Assembly: GCA_001179505.1 (NCBI GenBank)
Contig: CDMY01000392.1
Span: 24,883 to 88,882 of the forward strand
Reading direction: 5' to 3'
DNA length: 64,000 nt
From: Vitrella brassicaformis CCMP3155
Lineage: Eukaryota; Protista; Chromerida
Both the position numbers and the translations under genes were made by a program. Shown here piece after piece: positions 60,831-64,000 of the stretch. How positions within the stretch are numbered: position 1 is the stretch's first letter; the number at the start of each line of letters is the position of its first letter. The notes under the pieces were generated by a model. It saw nothing but the letters and a program-made list of their open reading frames with translations, was not told the DNA's origin and did not search any database.

Positions 60831-61273
60831 CTGACTGACTGACTGGCTGAGTGTAATGCAGACAATCCATTGCTGGATGCAGAGTGCCTCGTGTGTCGTG
60901 TGTACCACCATGCCCGGTCCGACTCAGTGCTCATCTTGTCAGATTCGGTCACGCCAACACTCACTCTGCTGCAGTTGAGTGTGTGTTGGTGTGACTGACG
61001 ATTGTGCGGTGAGTGCTGAGGAAGACACGACAGTGTGTGACGGGTTGGTCGATACAGAGGGATGGATGGATGGATGAATGGATGGATGGACAGTGTCCTG
61101 CGCTCTGGATGACTCACAAATGTCAATACTAAAGGTGCTTGCCACCGATGCGTCGCATCGAATCATTTTCATGTCAGAGGGTCTCTTTCTTACAAAGGTG
61201 TCCATCCCGCCATCGATGGCCATTCATTCGATAGAGTAGCGGTCCATCCAATGCATTGCAACGACATGCTCAC

Positions 61274-62920
61274 TCATCCACACAGTGCCGTCGACCGGAT
61301 CGCTCCTCCGGCAGCCATTCGCTTCCCCGTTGCGTAGGCATCATGCGACTCACATCGACACAAGCCGCACGAGACCGACACAGAGAGGGACGGACAGCTG
61401 CTGGAGGAACAGTCTCCCATCCACCCAGGTGACAAGACGCACAAGACGAGACGCCCCGGCAAAGAAAAGACCGACTGACCAAACACATAGATACTTGCCC
61501 ACATCAGGACGTCAACTGTCCCCCCTCCTCCTCTACCCCCTCCTCCTCCTCCTCCTCCTCCTCACACACAGAGGGACGACTGCACACGCTGGTGGCTACG
61601 CATCGCCAGCTGCAGGGCCACCTGAACACCCACCCAAAAGACAACACAACACAACACAACACAGTGACCACACCAATCAGGCCAAGCCCGTGTTGGTGCA
61701 GGAGTGAATGACGGGCGCGCCTCAGGTACCCACCTTGCTGCCGCAGCACTCGTAATTTCTCCCGAACGGCAGCGAGCCTCGTCTCCTCATGCTCCCTCTG
61801 CAGCTTCTTGGGGTCCGCCATAGTCCCAGCCGCTGTGCCTCTTCCGGCAGGACACCCTCGGCGCTCCAACTCACACTGCAGGAAGCCGATACGACCTGAA
61901 TCAATCAGACATACACATGCACATACACATACACATACACATAAGCGCACAGGCCATCAATGCATCCCAGCGGTGCGTACGTGCGATGTCGTAGGTGGCG
62001 TCCTCCAGTCTGTCGATGACCGTCTGCCACCACGCAGCGGGCATCTCCCCCATCAGCTGCTGCACCTCCGGCATGTTTGTGGCTGATCCCCCTGACCAGT
62101 CAATCACCCGCTGCACCTCCTGATCACAGGTCTCTCTCTCTACGGCCCCCTGACTCTCACCCGCCCCCTGACCCTTCCATCCCTCCTTCACGGTCTTATA
62201 CACCACCCACCCCACCACCTTGTTCTTGATGGCCTCGTCGTTCTTCAAGGCCGGCTTCTCGCGCAGGACAAAGGCCAACACGCCGCCCTGGAAGGCCTCA
62301 CGCCGGTCGCCGATTGCGGGGTAAGAGGGGGGCGGGGCAGGCTGTGAGGGGGGAGGGGCAGGCTGTGATGCGTACGTGTGGACGGTCCCAGCTGGTATGG
62401 GGTAATACTGTGCTCCCCAGCTTATGGAAGGAAACTGGGCGGGGTATACATCATAAGGAGCGTCAAGGGGGGAGCGGGGAGTGGGGAGGCTTGGGGGGCT
62501 GAGAGGAGGCGAGTTGAAGTGCTCCATGATGCGGTTGATCAGCAGGTCGGCGTGCTTCTCCATCCCGAGGTAGTTGCACATCTGCCACAGGTGTAGCAGG
62601 CCCGCCTTGGCCGCCTCGTCGTCGGACTGGTCCGCCGCCGGGATGTGGAGGGCTCCAGGGAGGCTGCGCATGTACTGGTCCAGCATGCAGCCATCCCCTA
62701 TGCCGTGCAGCGTGGCGAATGTGCTGATGTGGCGGAATGTGTTGGGATGAATGTTGGGCAGGTTGATCGTCTGGGTGTCCCTCTCGCTGCAGGCCATATC
62801 GCCGTGTAACATCCGCTCGAAGTGCGGCGACACATTGACAAGCAGCGACTTCTTCTCATAGAAGATCTCCTTCTTGAGGCCGACGATGAGCTTCACGTAG
62901 CCGTCCTCCTTCTGCGCCAT
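61274..62920 (-). CDS. BTB/POZ-domain protein, short paralog (3' end approximate)
   Basis: Intact first exon MAQKEDGYVKLIVGLKKEIFYEKKSLLVNVSPHFERMLHGDMACSERDTQTINLPNIHPNTF...LWQMCNYLGMEKHADLL...GVLAFVLREKP. Same intron position as the long paralog. Next exon GTAAGTMADPKKLQR. Confidence 0.75.
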
Positions 62921-63212
62921 CCTGAGGCTCGGCACTGAGTCAGGCAGCTACTCCGTCAGTCTGCAGGTAGGCACCAACCACAGCAGCAACGACATCCATC
63001 CATCCATCCGCCCTTCCCACCAACGTCACGCATTCGTTGCTCACCCTTGCCGTCGTGATTCGATATCAGCAGCAATGCTGCGGCCTCTGTCTTTCAGCTA
63101 TATAGGCTCCTCTTCCAGCCAACCAGCCGAGAGGCGGCACGGGAGCGATGGGCGGGCTGGAATGTCGTCAAAACAGAGGCTGGACCAGCTGGACGGCTGG
63201 TTGACTCATCAG
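62921..63212 (-). promoter_or_regulatory. Duplicated upstream/5'UTR block of the BTB genes, copy 2
   Basis: Aligns with 57017-57285. Homology stops at ~63212, where the retroelement-derived sequence appears to begin. Confidence 0.65.
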
Positions 63213-64000
63213 GTGCGGACCTAAATGGGGCGGTGAAATAAGGAGTTCCTTGTCGGAATGAGGACTTCCTTTTCGGGTGAGGAATTCCTCATTCGGGACT
63301 CGCGAGCTTTGAGCGAGCGAGGCACGCTCTTACCCGAAGTTCGTGTTTGTAATTGGGGCCAAATTGGGGCCTCGAGACTTTTTCATTCGGTACCGTCTTT
63401 TTTGTGGGGGCCTACTGCGAGCTTGGGGGCTTTGCACGCATTTCCCCTGACGAACGCGGAGTAGCGCGGAGCGAGTCCCGAGCCCCCGACGGAGGAGGGC
63501 AACTCATCCACCAACGTCAAAACCCTTGTCGACCCTAACTCTAAGATGTGCGAGCTTAACAGAAGCTCGGCTCTGCTGCAGCAAATGCGCTGATCTTTCT
63601 CCCTCGTGGGCCTCTTTTCACGGGGGAAACTGTCATTAACCGTAACACTCGTCTGTGTGTCCGTGATACTCATTCAAATACAGTCCCATCAGCACGCAGA
63701 CTCAAACAGGCTCAAGGGGAGGAGGGATCAATCCCCGCCCCATCAGCACACCCCAGTCCCGCAAACCCTCCCCTCCCTCCCCCACGCAGACATAAGCTAG
63801 TTGTACGCGCGAGGGCGATAGACAAGTGAGAGCGAATCCATCCAGACACATGACTGAACCCCCGACCCTTCCACCCCTCCTTCTCTAACAGCGCATGAGC
63901 CATGTGGGCGATGAACACGTTGGCATCGTGTCCCCACACACCGTCACACGTCACCACCAGAGGGCAGAAGGTCACGCGGGAGTCGCAGACGGCCGAGCGG
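63213..64000 (-). mobile_element. 3' end of a CRE-like (restriction-like endonuclease) non-LTR retrotransposon, truncated by the window edge
   Basis: Intronless ORF end RVTFCPLVVTCDGVWGHDANVFIAHMAHALLEKEGWKGRGFSHVSGWIRSHLSIALARTTSLCLRG* (stop at 63712) resembles the RLE-clade C-terminus F.PLV...dG..g..a..fl..la........y..v..w.r..lsial.R..s.cLRG. It is followed by a ~500-nt microsatellite-free putative 3' UTR. Confidence 0.7.

Noticed and set aside
1-64000. Hundreds of ORF-track entries rich in VCVCVC, HTHTHT, SLSLSL, DRQTDRQ or WMDGWMDG
   Set aside because: These are translations of intronic (GT)n, (CT)n, (GACA)n and (GGAT)n microsatellites, not proteins.
1-64000. tRNA, rRNA or spliced-leader RNA genes
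   Set aside because: I found no convincing T-loop plus acceptor-stem pattern or rRNA-like block by eye; tRNAscan-SE/Infernal would be needed to exclude them formally.

Overview
Eukaryotic, GC-rich, very intron-dense genomic DNA. Introns are about 60-150 nt and packed with (GT)n, (GACA)n and (GGAT)n microsatellites. Style and gene content suggest a chromerid alveolate such as Vitrella brassicaformis (inference). I reconstructed about 22 spliced genes by eye; many are arranged as tight head-to-head pairs. Recognisable genes: SF3A3, DRC3/LRRC48, a syntaxin, a secreted calcineurin-like metallophosphoesterase, an alpha/beta hydrolase, an SPFH/HIR protein, CFAP119/C1a-32, a DGAT2-family acyltransferase, a PAO/CAO-type Rieske oxygenase, and a pterin cluster (divergent SPR-like gene, QDPR, canonical SPR). 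These are interleaved with fast-evolving ubiquitin-ligase-type families (2 U-box, 3 F-box-like, 2 BTB), some carrying frameshifts or stops. Short telomere-like motifs, some in head-to-head orientation, sit at gene starts and duplication boundaries. A hairpin-containing foldback repeat lies between QDPR and SPR. The window ends in the 3' end of a CRE-like (RLE) non-LTR retrotransposon. All exon structures and protein calls come from manual reading and motif recognition, without database searches; ends marked approximate are uncertain.
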